From a virus (Duplodnaviria > Caudoviricetes): DNA of 64,000 nt. Location: positions 256,001-320,000 of the IMG/VR virus record IMGVR_UViG_3300014204_013734, one strand, 5' to 3'. Positions within the stretch are counted from its first letter, which is position 1; every line of letters begins with the position of its first letter. The translations under genes were made by a program, and so were the position numbers. The notes under the pieces were generated by a model. The model saw nothing but the letters and a program-made list of their open reading frames with translations, was not told the DNA's origin and ran no database searches. Of the stretch, positions 9,895 to 21,322 are shown one piece after another.

Positions 9895-12800
9895 ATGCCG
9901 CGAGACACGAACCCAAAGAACCTTAGGACCGGTCCTGGCCGGACGGTTCCTGATCAGGCTACTACCCCTTGGTTGCGGAATTTAGTCTTCCAAGGCGGTA
10001 AACCTGTTGATATGGGGGGCGGTGGGGCTGGCCTCGTGATGGAAGCCTTACGAGCCCACATTACGGATCCGAAAGGCGCCCACGAAGCGACTGCCATTGA
10101 ATACGTCACAGTCCCCCCGCTTTCTGCCCAGAACATGGGGGCGGCGTTCAGTGAGTTGGGGGGAGGATTCCCTCCGGAACCGGCAAAGACTGGTTTGGCC
10201 GTAAACAGATTGTCTTTCCACTGCGTACCCGACTGGGGTGTCGCTAAGATGTCCGAATCGTCTATCCACCTTCGGGACACGGCGTTTGACAATTTGTCCC
10301 GAGTTTCGTCCGATTACACCATCTATCCCTATCACAACCAGCCGAGACGGTGGACTTGGGATTGGGGTCACCTTTACACTCCAGGTTGGTTCCCCGATTA
10401 TCCTCAGTTGTTCCCTGCGGAAGATCCTGACAACCTTGCTACGCAGAAGTGGGCGATGCTTCCGTTTGACACGTTGTCCCCCTACAATTCGGACATACTG
10501 GCAGACCGGATGTGGAATAGCCACAATCTGACTATCGCAGGATTGCCTTTCAAAACTGCTGGCAACGGGCTTTGCCATGCCGGTGCATTCACTCTTTCTG
10601 ATGGCACCGTCCAGCGGACTTCCAGGCTCATGACATGGGAAAACACCCTTGGATTGTGGCCTCCCGTTGTCACCTTGTCCGGGGCCGTGCATCCTGCTGA
10701 CAGGGGTGTCCTGGCTTTGATCCACATCCCGCAGATTGATCCTGCAGGGACGGATTGGACAACGTTGTTCTTGGCCCAAAGCATTCTTGAACGCTGCCCG
10801 GCGGCCCTTCTGTTGGGGACGGGCATAGTAGAAGGAGACGCCTGCGTCAGTGCGGGCGGTGTTCCTTGTGACGGTGAGCCTGGGGGTATTTTTGAAGTTG
10901 GTACCGATACTGACGGTAACGAAGATCCTTTTGCTTTCCCCGGCAAAGCCACTGGCCAGTACGATTTGAAGGAACTTCACACCGGCATATCCGTGATTGA
11001 CGGAATCACCCATATCAAGACCACGCCGAAAATCAGGGCGCATTGGGCCAGCGGCGGGGCTCCGGCGCCCGGAGCCGGTCAGGTGCGTCTCGGGACTGAT
11101 CCTGATGCCGGTGGCGGCATTTTGGCATGGGGCATTCCTATCCTCGGGGCTGGTGCTGACGCGTATGACACGGCGGGCGGGGCTTTCCCGTTGCCGACGA
11201 TCTACACGGCAGTTCCCTATGTTGGAAAAAGCCTTGCGGTGCCTTCTAATTTCTTCCGTTACCGTTTGCCGGTTTTGGATGACTATTCTTCCTGGTCAGG
11301 TCTGAAGTGGACCCCCCGGGGTACGAACCCTGCGACGACTTTTGAAGCAGGACGTTATTTCACTCCTGCTACCGGGGAAAACCCTTACACGCCGCTTGAA
11401 CATCCGGCTTTGTGGACTACAGGACCGTCAGGTTTTGATACGGCCGGCAACTACCCACCTTTCTCCCAGGACAATTTCACGTGGCAGATCGCTAGGTTCC
11501 GTCACACCTTCATCATGGATGGCGGATTGTCGGCCCTGGCCGGCGACCCCCCGGTTGCTGCCCTTGGGACTTGGGTATTGATCCATTTCAAAACGGAACG
11601 GGATTTTGAAGCGATGGTGGTGAACGCTACCGTTCCTGATTCCGTTCACGGAGCCCATTTCCTGTCGGATCATTCCGGAGTCGTCAATGATTGGGACGGA
11701 ATTACCCCCCCGACACCGTTTGACGAACCCCCACATGGTCCGTCACCGAGATACGGGTTCGCGTCAGCTTTCCATCACGCCATTACGGAATCGGTATTCC
11801 TTGGCGGGGAAGTTGCGGATCACATCGTAGTTCCGGCCGACGTGACGGCAGCGTCATGTGACTATGTTGGTGTTGGTGGCGGCGTTGATCAAATGTGGGT
11901 TTCCGGCATTCGGTATCAGACCGCTAGGATCATGACGGGCGGTACTGCCGGCAATCCTGGGTTCTGGTTCATTGATGTTGATGCAACCGTTGATCGTGCA
12001 TGGCGTGGTTGTTGGAGGACGGACCTTCAGATGCCGCCGGTTGTTTCCGACGGTTGTCCCGCTTTCCTTGGCGTAGCTCCGTTCTGTAACGACATATACA
12101 GTGCATTGGTTCCCCCTTCGGGTTCTGGGTGGTTGTCCGCTGAACGACGCTTTGAAATAGATTTCCAGCATCTCGGCACGCATGGGGGTGCCCCATTCAG
12201 TGACGCCAACGGACCGACCGCGTCCGATACTCTTGTCTTGGCAACCCCGGCCAATGTCTACCCTCCGGGGGATGACGAATGGCCCGCCTTTTCTTCAGAT
12301 GCCCGCCTTCGACTGCATTTGCGGCGTCCGTTGGCGCATGTTGGGAATGTGGATGGGGGAACCCTTAACCAGGTCACGCAACCTTACAATTCCGCAGCGG
12401 ACGGGGTAGGGATCAAGCTTCTCAGGGCCGTGACTGACGTAAACCTCCTGTTCCATTCAACCGGAATTCATATGAATGGCGGCGGAACGGATGTAGATGG
12501 CGGGATATTCGGCAACATGGTCAACCCGGTTTCCGTCTTGTACCCTCCGGCGGGCGCCATTGTCCATCATTATCCTGCATGGCCTTCTTTGTTCACTCCC
12601 GGTAAAGATGTTCAGGAACGGTTCTTGGACGAAGTCTACCGTTACAGGGTTCAGGCTGATTTGTCCACCGCCCCCGCTTTCATTCAGTCGGTCTGGGGCG
12701 CCTTGACGGGTCCCGGTCTTGGCGGTTGGATTGGTGGCATCATTCCCCTGCCTGTGAGGGCTGGTCTTTACCATCATGCCACGGATTTTCCGGCGCCTTG

Positions 12801-13731
12801 GGACAATTTGCCAATCGTGTCCGGTCTCACGGATTACGTTGAATACTTTAACCACTTGAGTTTCACGCAGTTGCAGAAGCAGTTGCAATCATTGGCAAAT
12901 TCCACGGTCAACGCAGAATTGCAGGTAGCTGGTCTTCCTGACAGGAATCCTCCGATTGCTGATTGGGTTTCCTGGCAGATGCCGTCGGCGGGGTTGCTGA
13001 AGTATCCGAACGTGGACTACGCGACCGGATACTTCCCGGATGTCTATGGCGTTCCCCAGAACGACTATTCCGCCTTGACCGGTATTCGGTCCTGGTCCAG
13101 GTGCTTTGACGCCGGATTCAGCCGGTCTGACCCCACTGGCAGCACTCCGCCGGTTGATGTAGTTGGTCAATCTGTCGTGACTTTCAGAATTGATGGGTTG
13201 TCCTTGGACGACTTTGCTTGGCGGGCGCCTGGTCCCGGTCAATTGCTGAATGGGTCCAAGATCGCCATTTTGGTTAAGATCCCCGGTCTGACGACCTGGA
13301 TGGACCTTGGCCGTCTGGACGGTTCCGGGCCTTCCAAACAGGACAATAGCCGTGACGGAGCAGGATGCCAGATTTCCGGGATTCATACTCTTGACGGTGT
13401 TGATCCCGACACCGGCATTACCTGGTGTCAGGTGCAAGCCAACGTTGGACCGACGGCAGCTCTGTTGCGGGGTATTTCATCTGGGGTAGGGCTTTGGGAA
13501 GTTCCTGTTATGGTCAAGGTCATGATGGACGAAATGACGGTCGGGGAATATGACCTTCAGGCCAACTATGACAACCTTCCCCTTGGCCTTGGACCGGGTT
13601 GGCCATCCGCGACCATCCGAGGAATTGTTGGCATCCAGATCGTCCATCCGACACAGATTGAACCCTTGACGGTAGTTGCTCCTTCGGGACGGCATGTTGG
13701 ATTGGAGACTTTAGGCGGAAGCTATCCGTAA
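9895..13731 (+). CDS. Large virion structural protein
   Basis: 1278 aa. N-terminal HITDPKGAHEATAI motif of the kind seen in tail/baseplate proteins. Structural context. Confidence 0.6.
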   Translation: MPRDTNPKNLRTGPGRTVPDQATTPWLRNLVFQGGKPVDMGGGGAGLVMEALRAHITDPKGAHEATAIEYVTVPPLSAQNMGAAFSELGGGFPPEPAKTGLAVNRLSFHCVPDWGVAKMSESSIHLRDTAFDNLSRVSSDYTIYPYHNQPRRWTWDWGHLYTPGWFPDYPQLFPAEDPDNLATQKWAMLPFDTLSPYNSDILADRMWNSHNLTIAGLPFKTAGNGLCHAGAFTLSDGTVQRTSRLMTWENTLGLWPPVVTLSGAVHPADRGVLALIHIPQIDPAGTDWTTLFLAQSILERCPAALLLGTGIVEGDACVSAGGVPCDGEPGGIFEVGTDTDGNEDPFAFPGKATGQYDLKELHTGISVIDGITHIKTTPKIRAHWASGGAPAPGAGQVRLGTDPDAGGGILAWGIPILGAGADAYDTAGGAFPLPTIYTAVPYVGKSLAVPSNFFRYRLPVLDDYSSWSGLKWTPRGTNPATTFEAGRYFTPATGENPYTPLEHPALWTTGPSGFDTAGNYPPFSQDNFTWQIARFRHTFIMDGGLSALAGDPPVAALGTWVLIHFKTERDFEAMVVNATVPDSVHGAHFLSDHSGVVNDWDGITPPTPFDEPPHGPSPRYGFASAFHHAITESVFLGGEVADHIVVPADVTAASCDYVGVGGGVDQMWVSGIRYQTARIMTGGTAGNPGFWFIDVDATVDRAWRGCWRTDLQMPPVVSDGCPAFLGVAPFCNDIYSALVPPSGSGWLSAERRFEIDFQHLGTHGGAPFSDANGPTASDTLVLATPANVYPPGDDEWPAFSSDARLRLHLRRPLAHVGNVDGGTLNQVTQPYNSAADGVGIKLLRAVTDVNLLFHSTGIHMNGGGTDVDGGIFGNMVNPVSVLYPPAGAIVHHYPAWPSLFTPGKDVQERFLDEVYRYRVQADLSTAPAFIQSVWGALTGPGLGGWIGGIIPLPVRAGLYHHATDFPAPWDNLPIVSGLTDYVEYFNHLSFTQLQKQLQSLANSTVNAELQVAGLPDRNPPIADWVSWQMPSAGLLKYPNVDYATGYFPDVYGVPQNDYSALTGIRSWSRCFDAGFSRSDPTGSTPPVDVVGQSVVTFRIDGLSLDDFAWRAPGPGQLLNGSKIAILVKIPGLTTWMDLGRLDGSGPSKQDNSRDGAGCQISGIHTLDGVDPDTGITWCQVQANVGPTAALLRGISSGVGLWEVPVMVKVMMDEMTVGEYDLQANYDNLPLGLGPGWPSATIRGIVGIQIVHPTQIEPLTVVAPSGRHVGLETLGGSYP

Positions 13732-13774
13732 TCCGTTGAACAGATTATAGCCTTCGCCTTTGGCAGGAGGAACA

Positions 13775-16700
13775 ATGACGGCATTCAATCCCGATAAAGA
13801 CACTCTCGGCGCCGACCTGTTGCGGTCTCCGACGAGTCCTTCAAAAACAGCATGGCAGGAATTCTTCGGAAAATTTTCCACGGTTCCAGCATCCAAGGTC
13901 GTGCAGGCTGCGGATGTCATCCGAGGACTTTCCGGGTCCTGGGCTTCCCAATGGTGGATGGGTTCGTCCCTGCAGCAGGGGTCCTTGGCGCCTGACCCGC
14001 AGATTCCGCCGGACCAGATGTTCCAGACATCACATCTTGGGCGTCCCGGCATGCCCGAGATCAATTTCCCGCCTTATTCGTTCAACACGAACCGCTTTGC
14101 CCATAAGGGCGGAGCCCTTCTCGGCCATCCGATTTCCTTTTCGGTAGTCGGGCCAACCTTGAAGCAGGGGAAGTACGTCAACTGGCAGTGGAAAGTTGAA
14201 GTCGGGGCTTCCAATGACATCCTCCGTTTGGACACCGTCGTCCAGGATGATGACGGAACTTCAACGGTTTGGGCTACCAATCCTTGGGGTCAGCTTACGG
14301 CCAGTGTTGCCGCCCTGTACGGCATTGACAATGCGGATCTCGACACGACTGATCCCAATCGCCGTTTCCATGGCGGTCTCTATGTCGTAGTGGTTCATCC
14401 CGGAGCCCCTGGGGACCTTACGGGCGCCGTCGTTGGCGGACTCGGTTGGGGAACGGTTATTCCGGGATCAGGCACGGCGGCCGAACCCGTTTCCAGTGAT
14501 GCTCTTTGGGAAATTTTCCGAGTAGTTGGCATTGACATTGACACGGGATTGATTCTGGACGGTGGGAAGCGCTTGTCGGCCTATTATGGCACCCCCAACG
14601 GCAAGATCATCCGTTCCATCATGCTGTTTGAACCTGCAGCGACTCGCTTGGTTGCCGTTCCAGGTTCTGGCCCGTTGGTTGGTAGAGAACAGGTGTTTGC
14701 CGTTGTTCCGCCTGAACGCGCCCTGAATGCGGACGGGCAGATGCCTTATTTCATGTGGAAATCTGCAACGGAATGTGAACAGCCTTGGGATCCTGCCACA
14801 TTCGCGTCTGACGGGTCCTTGGATCCGTTGATTGCTGGTGGGGTAGGGACGCCTACGCCATGGGTTGGCTTTGAATATGCAAACATGCCCCGTCTTCCTA
14901 TCCCACGTCCAAAGACGAAGATGGACGGGACCTTGCAACACACGGTAGTAGCCCCCCCTTGGGATGATGTCGGTCCTGGACGTATGGTTATTTCCGTGGC
15001 TGGCCCGACAGCTAAAGCCCCGTTGGTTGGGGATATCCTCCATGTCGTCAACATCAAGGTTGTCGGTGCGGCGGCTCTGAACCGGCAGGCATCACCTGAC
15101 CGCGGAGCCAGTTTGGATTCATTGTTAGGCTGGTTTGAAGTTGTAGAACGTTGTCTCCCCGGTGGCAGTGTCACCTTGCTTGTCCTGCGGCGCATTGAAG
15201 AAGTTGACCCTGCCGTTGGGGTTCCTTTCTGGGGCGATGAAGGATTCTTCGTTGCAACGGGTTCTCCTGATGACATCGTCCTGTCATTCACGGTCCATGA
15301 TCCCGTCAAGAAACTGTGGGATTCCCCGTCCTTTGATTTTGATCGGGTGGATTCAGCCCGGTTGACGAACGTTATTGATCCCCGTTGGATTGAACGCAAG
15401 ACGGATAGGGAAGATGGGGCAACTGGCCTTGACAACCAGTGGAATGCTTCTACCGATGGAATTGGGGCACACCCGCAACGGGCTGACAGGGCCGTGTTCG
15501 GCACCGGTGAATCTCCCGCTTTGATAGGGAATTTGGCACAAGACCCCGGCAGCATGTTTGATCTGGGATTCAGGGTCGTGTTGTTTCCCGCCAAGGTCAA
15601 GACGGTTACGGTCCCGAATATTCCGCCGGCATCAAGTATCGTGTATCCTCCGGCCGTCGTGGACATCAATTACACCACGATGGACATCCTTGTTCCTGAT
15701 TGGTCAAGGCCAATTGAATCGGATGAAGTCCTGATTGATCCGGCGGTTACGGGTGAACGCCAGTATGTGGAAATCGATTATGCCAACGGTTTCGTCAGGT
15801 TGTCCCATGCCCCTTCCGTTTTGGGCGGTGCTTTCGTCCCTGACGGGGATGTTTACAGCGCGGATGACAACCCCCGCAAAGAAATGGTCATTTTCGCGTG
15901 CTTGGTCCCTTATTCCATGGAAAAGGGGCAGCTTGGCACTGGTGTCCGTGTAGCTTCCATCCCGGCAACCTTGAGCAGCACTTCGGGCGGATGCAGTGGC
16001 GGTGGTTCCCATCTCCAGACGACGACCGACCAGACCGATGTCTGGGGTTGGCGCGAATGGTTCACCCTTCAAGTTGGACAGACGGTTGGGGATGCTTCAG
16101 CGACCATTATTCTGGAAGGGTTGGTTGCTGACCGTATCCCGCCCGCCGGATTTGTGGAAATTCTTGAAGGCACCGGACCTGATGGAATTCCCCCGACCAA
16201 TTTTGAGTCGTCCCCCGATTGGAGAGCTTGTACGTTCGGTTACCATATGGTGATGGAAGACAATTCCATCCCTGCCGCTCCGGTTACAAAATTGATCGGG
16301 TGTTGGGGTTGGCCAACAGGGGCTACCTTCACGCCAAGTGCGTTGCATCCAGGCGTAGCTATTTTGCGCCGGGAAGTCATGCTCCCGAATACCTTGGATG
16401 GTAACGCGGGTGTCCCTTACGCTTACGATACGACTTTCGGGGCATCAAAGCGGGCGACTACTTTGCGATTTGTGAATTCGGAACTTCAGGTCAACGCTGA
16501 TGGTTCCGTGACGGTGTTTCCGTTGTCTGATTCCGCGTCTCTTGACACCGAAGCCAATCTCGGAGATTTGTTTTCATCCTGGACACTTCGGCCAGGCTCG
16601 ATTTCCGACAATGGGGCCGGGACTGTTACTTGGGGCGCATTGACGGTGATTTGGCAAGGTTTGCGACGCACGATTGCCGCAGGGTCCTCAACCATTGATT

Positions 16701-19700
16701 GGGCAACCTGGAGCACGAGACCGGCATGGTTGTACGTGGACGGGTCTGATTGTTCTGTCAAAGTTTCAACCAGCTTCCCTCTTTCGGATCCTGAATACAT
16801 TCTTATTGCCATGGCAAGATGGACCGGTCCTGGTGTGTTCACGTCAACTGACATGCAGGCTGCTCTTGTTGACATCGATAAGCGGGTGGACCTCTATGTA
16901 GGTCGGACCTTGTATTCCGGTTCTTGGGCGACCTATCACCCTTGTTTTGACACGCTCCAAGCTGCGGTTGAATATGCCAGCGTGATCAGGAACCCTCCTG
17001 CTACGACCCTTCCCGCTACCAGTGTTCCTGGACCAAAGGTGTACATTCATGTTGTCGGCAGGACGTTGGAAACGGGACAGACTATTTTCGGAGCCGACGG
17101 CATTACGATAGAAGGGTGCCCGGAATTGTTTGATGATCCGGTAGCGTCCGTTAACCAAAAAGCAATCGTTTGGGCTCACGTAGGAGACCCGTTGATTGAC
17201 TTTAATGGACATGATGACATCGTTTTTGACGGTGTTCCTTTCCGATATGATGGTCTTGCGGTTGATTCCCCAACCCCTTCTTCCATGCTGTTTGGAAACA
17301 CGGGTTCCGGGTCTTCCCGATGTGTCATTCGGAATTGTCGGTTGTATGGCCAGACGCAGGGATTCCTGTATTCTGCTGGGACGACCTGGACGGATTGTCG
17401 GTTTGAAGACAACTGGGTTGAAAAGGTAGAGGATTTCGGAATCCTGATGGAATCCGGGGTGATGACCCCTTACCTCATGGGTTATCCAGACCACGTGTCC
17501 CCTGATGATGTCGTTGGAATCACGGTCACTGGGGCTCCACTTGTTGTTACGGATCCTTCTGGGTTTTCCTACAGTGTGGTCGCGGGAACCCCAGGCAAGA
17601 TCGTGGTGATCAATTCAGCCAGTCCCCCATGTCTTGAATTTTTTGAAGATGCTGCCGGACCTGTTTCCTTTTACATACTTGAGCATCAATCCGCCAAGTT
17701 CACAAGCGGCGGCGTGACTGTATTCCAACGGGCTCCTGGTGATTCCATGACCGTCCAAGCAGGGGAATATGGTGTAATTTTCGGAATGGGAGATGTTGGA
17801 ACGTACCGGGGTTGGGTTGTTGCATCCAGTGAAACAACTAAAGACACGGTTATTGAAGGCAACACCTTCATTCGTGACGCATCCCCCCTGCAGGGGATGA
17901 CTCCAGTGACGGGGTCCATTTCCCAAGGCGAAACGGCTACTTTGTCGTGGGAACTTTACGCTGATGTCGGCAACGTTACCATTGCCGGACACGTGCTTCC
18001 CCAAGGCGCCATGGCGACAGTGCATTATCTTGTCGGGCCTCCCATCATCCGTGTGGCTTACGCCGCGGGTCCGTGGACGCATGACATTACTTTGGGTGAC
18101 GTGTATGCTTACGTCACTAATGACGATCCGAACGGGGCCGGGGTGTTCCGGTTCGTCGGGGTTGGGGCTCCTACCCCGCCCGCAAGTTTCACCGTAACCG
18201 GCAGTCACGCCGCTATGCTTCTTCACCGCACTGACGGTGTCACGACTTGGGCTGTCGCTACGGGACCTGTTTCTGGGGTCACGGGCTGCGGTATCGGGAT
18301 CTTCAGTGACTTCATGCTTCCGATGTCCACGAGTTGGGCAGACTACATTGCCGCGGCAATGTTCAACTTCAACAACCGGATCGTCGACAACCGGATTGAA
18401 GGTTTCCATGTCGGCATTTGGGCGAACAACATCTGCTATTCAACCGTTGACCGGAACTACGTCGACGAAACCTGGAATACGGGTGTTGTTGTGGGTCCTT
18501 GGGCGGTCGGGACAACCGTCAATGAAAACGCTTTGAATGACGTATTCAAGGAAACGCCGTTGCACGGGGGACCTTTCCTTTATCCGGGCAACAACCTTTG
18601 GGACACCGGCACCGATGTTGGTATCAAGCAGGGTATCCTTTGCGCCGGCCTTGATGGGTCGGTAGACAACAATAATGTCACCATTGGTACGGGACTTCCT
18701 CCGCACGGTGCCGTTGTGACTACCGGGACAAGCGGTTGGACGTGGCAAGACCGTGACATTTGGGTCGTGTACGGCATCAACTTCAAAGTCCGGGGAAACA
18801 CCACTTCATCCCGGATCGCCGGTTCTGGTATATATCTGAACCTGTCGGAGAACTGGACTCCTAACCTGCTGTTGCCTGCAGCTTATTATTCTACGCTGGA
18901 AGCCAATATCGTAACGGATTTGGAAGTTACGGGCGGCGCCGGTTTGAAGATCCTTGGGAACCAGCTTTCAACGGGATCCGTGTACGGGGGCATTTGTACC
19001 ATAGAAGGCAACCACTGGCAGTCTATGACGCTTACCGGCAGTTTCTACGATGTTGTTGGCAATGTAGGGGGCTTTACTTCTACGACGGAACCCGACAAGT
19101 CTGATCCGGCATTGCCTGTTTTGAGTGTGACTACCGGAGACAGATCAACGATAGTCGGGAATAGCTTCTGGATGACCCGAACGGTGCATGGAAGCGGGGC
19201 TTCTCCCAGCCCTGACCTTGGGGAATCGGTCACCCTCATCCTCCTGACGAACTGCACCAATTCCAGTGTGCAGAGCAACACCTTGCAACTGGATATCCTT
19301 GGAACCACGACGGGCGGGACCATTGTTTTGGGGTCTCTTGGAACGGAAAATCCCCAGATAGGAATACAGATTGTCGGTGGGGCCTCCAGTATTGCTCCGA
19401 TTGTATCCAACAATCACGTTTCCGTTCAGGTGGAATTGCTGGCAGGAGCACACGGGGCATACACGCCTGTTCAAAGTCGGTTGGATTTTTACGGGGACTT
19501 GCTCGGGATTGATGTTGCCGCTACGAACGCCGTGGTAGAAGGAAACAACGTCATCTTTGACTTGGCCGAAGAAATTTATTCATCCTTCGGCGCCGCCAAC
19601 ACGGTGACCTATTACGGGGATGCCGTTGGTATTCGTGTGGTCGGAAGCAAAAGTATCGCGTCCGGGAACCGCGTTTCTGGGACGATTCATCTCGGGACTG

Positions 19701-20389
19701 TCATGTCCGGGGGTGGTCCTGCTGGTTCTGGGGCTCTGGAATTGGGTGGCGTCGGTAACGATTTTGACATAGCCGGTCTCCTTTGCGAAGGGGGCTACAT
19801 GACCGTTGATGGCAACAACCTGGAATTACTCGCCAACTTTGGGGATGTTAGCAAGGCACTTGATCCGTACACGGGAACGATTTTCACGGGCGCACACATT
19901 TTTGACCGTGAAGCCGGCCTGATGAAGCGGCCCGATCCCGGTGCGTTGGCGGCATCAGACTTGAACAAGATGAACAGCAATCACGTCTTGGTCATGACTG
20001 GTTATGCAAACTTGAACCCGATGACAGCCCCGAACACGTTTGATGTGGTTAATTGTTGGGTTGGGGTTTTCACGGACGAAAGTCAAGGCTACAACCTTAT
20101 GAACGGCAACTATGCCTTCGGGTATTCCACTTGGGACATGGGCGCCGTTCCTGATCCGTCCAGTGTCAATCACTGGGGGATCGTTGTCAGAACCGAAGGA
20201 CATCCACATATCGTCGGCAACTGGTCGACGACGCTTTCTCAGTTCGGGGGCGGGGGCCCGCCGCCAGCGGCTTCTATCGTGGCGAACAAGTTGAGTAACT
20301 TGGCGGGCCCTGGCGGTGTAGGGTGGTTTGGGGGGGCATTGGCCGCTTGGGCAGCTCCGACTTATCTGAATTTGAACTTCCTCACATGA
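13775..20389 (+). CDS. Giant tail spike/fibre protein with right-handed beta-helix repeats
   Basis: About 2200 aa. The C-terminal half has repeated (I/V)xGNx beta-helix rungs after a TLQAAVEYA cap. GGAGG RBS before ATG 13775. Confidence 0.65.
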   Translation: MTAFNPDKDTLGADLLRSPTSPSKTAWQEFFGKFSTVPASKVVQAADVIRGLSGSWASQWWMGSSLQQGSLAPDPQIPPDQMFQTSHLGRPGMPEINFPPYSFNTNRFAHKGGALLGHPISFSVVGPTLKQGKYVNWQWKVEVGASNDILRLDTVVQDDDGTSTVWATNPWGQLTASVAALYGIDNADLDTTDPNRRFHGGLYVVVVHPGAPGDLTGAVVGGLGWGTVIPGSGTAAEPVSSDALWEIFRVVGIDIDTGLILDGGKRLSAYYGTPNGKIIRSIMLFEPAATRLVAVPGSGPLVGREQVFAVVPPERALNADGQMPYFMWKSATECEQPWDPATFASDGSLDPLIAGGVGTPTPWVGFEYANMPRLPIPRPKTKMDGTLQHTVVAPPWDDVGPGRMVISVAGPTAKAPLVGDILHVVNIKVVGAAALNRQASPDRGASLDSLLGWFEVVERCLPGGSVTLLVLRRIEEVDPAVGVPFWGDEGFFVATGSPDDIVLSFTVHDPVKKLWDSPSFDFDRVDSARLTNVIDPRWIERKTDREDGATGLDNQWNASTDGIGAHPQRADRAVFGTGESPALIGNLAQDPGSMFDLGFRVVLFPAKVKTVTVPNIPPASSIVYPPAVVDINYTTMDILVPDWSRPIESDEVLIDPAVTGERQYVEIDYANGFVRLSHAPSVLGGAFVPDGDVYSADDNPRKEMVIFACLVPYSMEKGQLGTGVRVASIPATLSSTSGGCSGGGSHLQTTTDQTDVWGWREWFTLQVGQTVGDASATIILEGLVADRIPPAGFVEILEGTGPDGIPPTNFESSPDWRACTFGYHMVMEDNSIPAAPVTKLIGCWGWPTGATFTPSALHPGVAILRREVMLPNTLDGNAGVPYAYDTTFGASKRATTLRFVNSELQVNADGSVTVFPLSDSASLDTEANLGDLFSSWTLRPGSISDNGAGTVTWGALTVIWQGLRRTIAAGSSTIDWATWSTRPAWLYVDGSDCSVKVSTSFPLSDPEYILIAMARWTGPGVFTSTDMQAALVDIDKRVDLYVGRTLYSGSWATYHPCFDTLQAAVEYASVIRNPPATTLPATSVPGPKVYIHVVGRTLETGQTIFGADGITIEGCPELFDDPVASVNQKAIVWAHVGDPLIDFNGHDDIVFDGVPFRYDGLAVDSPTPSSMLFGNTGSGSSRCVIRNCRLYGQTQGFLYSAGTTWTDCRFEDNWVEKVEDFGILMESGVMTPYLMGYPDHVSPDDVVGITVTGAPLVVTDPSGFSYSVVAGTPGKIVVINSASPPCLEFFEDAAGPVSFYILEHQSAKFTSGGVTVFQRAPGDSMTVQAGEYGVIFGMGDVGTYRGWVVASSETTKDTVIEGNTFIRDASPLQGMTPVTGSISQGETATLSWELYADVGNVTIAGHVLPQGAMATVHYLVGPPIIRVAYAAGPWTHDITLGDVYAYVTNDDPNGAGVFRFVGVGAPTPPASFTVTGSHAAMLLHRTDGVTTWAVATGPVSGVTGCGIGIFSDFMLPMSTSWADYIAAAMFNFNNRIVDNRIEGFHVGIWANNICYSTVDRNYVDETWNTGVVVGPWAVGTTVNENALNDVFKETPLHGGPFLYPGNNLWDTGTDVGIKQGILCAGLDGSVDNNNVTIGTGLPPHGAVVTTGTSGWTWQDRDIWVVYGINFKVRGNTTSSRIAGSGIYLNLSENWTPNLLLPAAYYSTLEANIVTDLEVTGGAGLKILGNQLSTGSVYGGICTIEGNHWQSMTLTGSFYDVVGNVGGFTSTTEPDKSDPALPVLSVTTGDRSTIVGNSFWMTRTVHGSGASPSPDLGESVTLILLTNCTNSSVQSNTLQLDILGTTTGGTIVLGSLGTENPQIGIQIVGGASSIAPIVSNNHVSVQVELLAGAHGAYTPVQSRLDFYGDLLGIDVAATNAVVEGNNVIFDLAEEIYSSFGAANTVTYYGDAVGIRVVGSKSIASGNRVSGTIHLGTVMSGGGPAGSGALELGGVGNDFDIAGLLCEGGYMTVDGNNLELLANFGDVSKALDPYTGTIFTGAHIFDREAGLMKRPDPGALAASDLNKMNSNHVLVMTGYANLNPMTAPNTFDVVNCWVGVFTDESQGYNLMNGNYAFGYSTWDMGAVPDPSSVNHWGIVVRTEGHPHIVGNWSTTLSQFGGGGPPPAASIVANKLSNLAGPGGVGWFGGALAAWAAPTYLNLNFLT

Positions 20390-20398
20390 GGTGATCCC

Positions 20399-21265
20399 AT
20401 GCGGGTGATAGTTGACGCAAAAGAATTTCTCGCCAGTACCGGGTTGCCGGATCCTGACAAGATCCAGATAACCCAGGTAGACCGGACCCCCGGTTTGTCT
20501 GATGGGACCGGGGGAACTGCCATCAACGGCAGGTTCGTCATTCCCATCATGGAAGGGATTGATTTCCCTATTACGTCGGATTCCAAAGTATGGCCGATCA
20601 GCAACACGGACCCTTTAGCGGATCCTGACGTTAATTCGCAATCGTTCGCTTACCTTTTGGCATCCTTCCCCATGTACGGTCATTTGTTCTTCAATCCCTT
20701 CTTGGTTGAAGATGATATTTCCGGGGTAGGGGGCATCGATTTTGCCAAAACCTTCAGGGACAACAGCATAACCCCACCGGTTTACTATCCTTCCAGATTG
20801 CAGACGGGCCGTGAAGCTAGCCCTCCCGATTTGCCGGGACTGATGCCGACGCATACAGCTTTGTTGGCCTGCAATTGGCATGTTTCCGATGCGGGGCCTA
20901 ATGGTTTTCACCCAGGCATGCTCATCACCAAAGAAATTGATGTTTCGGCTTATACGGGTCCGGCCGGGACGGATGAATTTATGCTGTATTGGCACTTGCT
21001 TGATTTCACGATTTCTGAAGACATTGCATCGGATATCGGGGCAACCACCGGGTTGAATGAACCAGCTATCCGATACGTAAAGGAACCTGATCAGGAACCG
21101 GTAGGTTTTTCCGCTTGGATTTCTCCCGACAACGGAACCCATTGGTGTGAAGTTTCCAGATTTGAACCCGTCAGCTTCGCATCCAAGACGACCAAGATTC
21201 GAATTGCGTTTAGGAATGATGGGGACACAAAGATTTTCATCGCCAACTGGGCTGTTTTGTTCTAA
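20399..21265 (+). CDS. Virion structural protein
   Basis: C-terminal ISPDNGTHW..KIRIAF beta-sandwich. RBS GAGGTG. Structural context. Confidence 0.55.
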   Translation: MRVIVDAKEFLASTGLPDPDKIQITQVDRTPGLSDGTGGTAINGRFVIPIMEGIDFPITSDSKVWPISNTDPLADPDVNSQSFAYLLASFPMYGHLFFNPFLVEDDISGVGGIDFAKTFRDNSITPPVYYPSRLQTGREASPPDLPGLMPTHTALLACNWHVSDAGPNGFHPGMLITKEIDVSAYTGPAGTDEFMLYWHLLDFTISEDIASDIGATTGLNEPAIRYVKEPDQEPVGFSAWISPDNGTHWCEVSRFEPVSFASKTTKIRIAFRNDGDTKIFIANWAVLF

Positions 21266-21322
21266 GGAAAGCTGGACGGAAAGTAACCATAACCCCCGCA
21301 AACGTAGCGTGAGGACAGACAA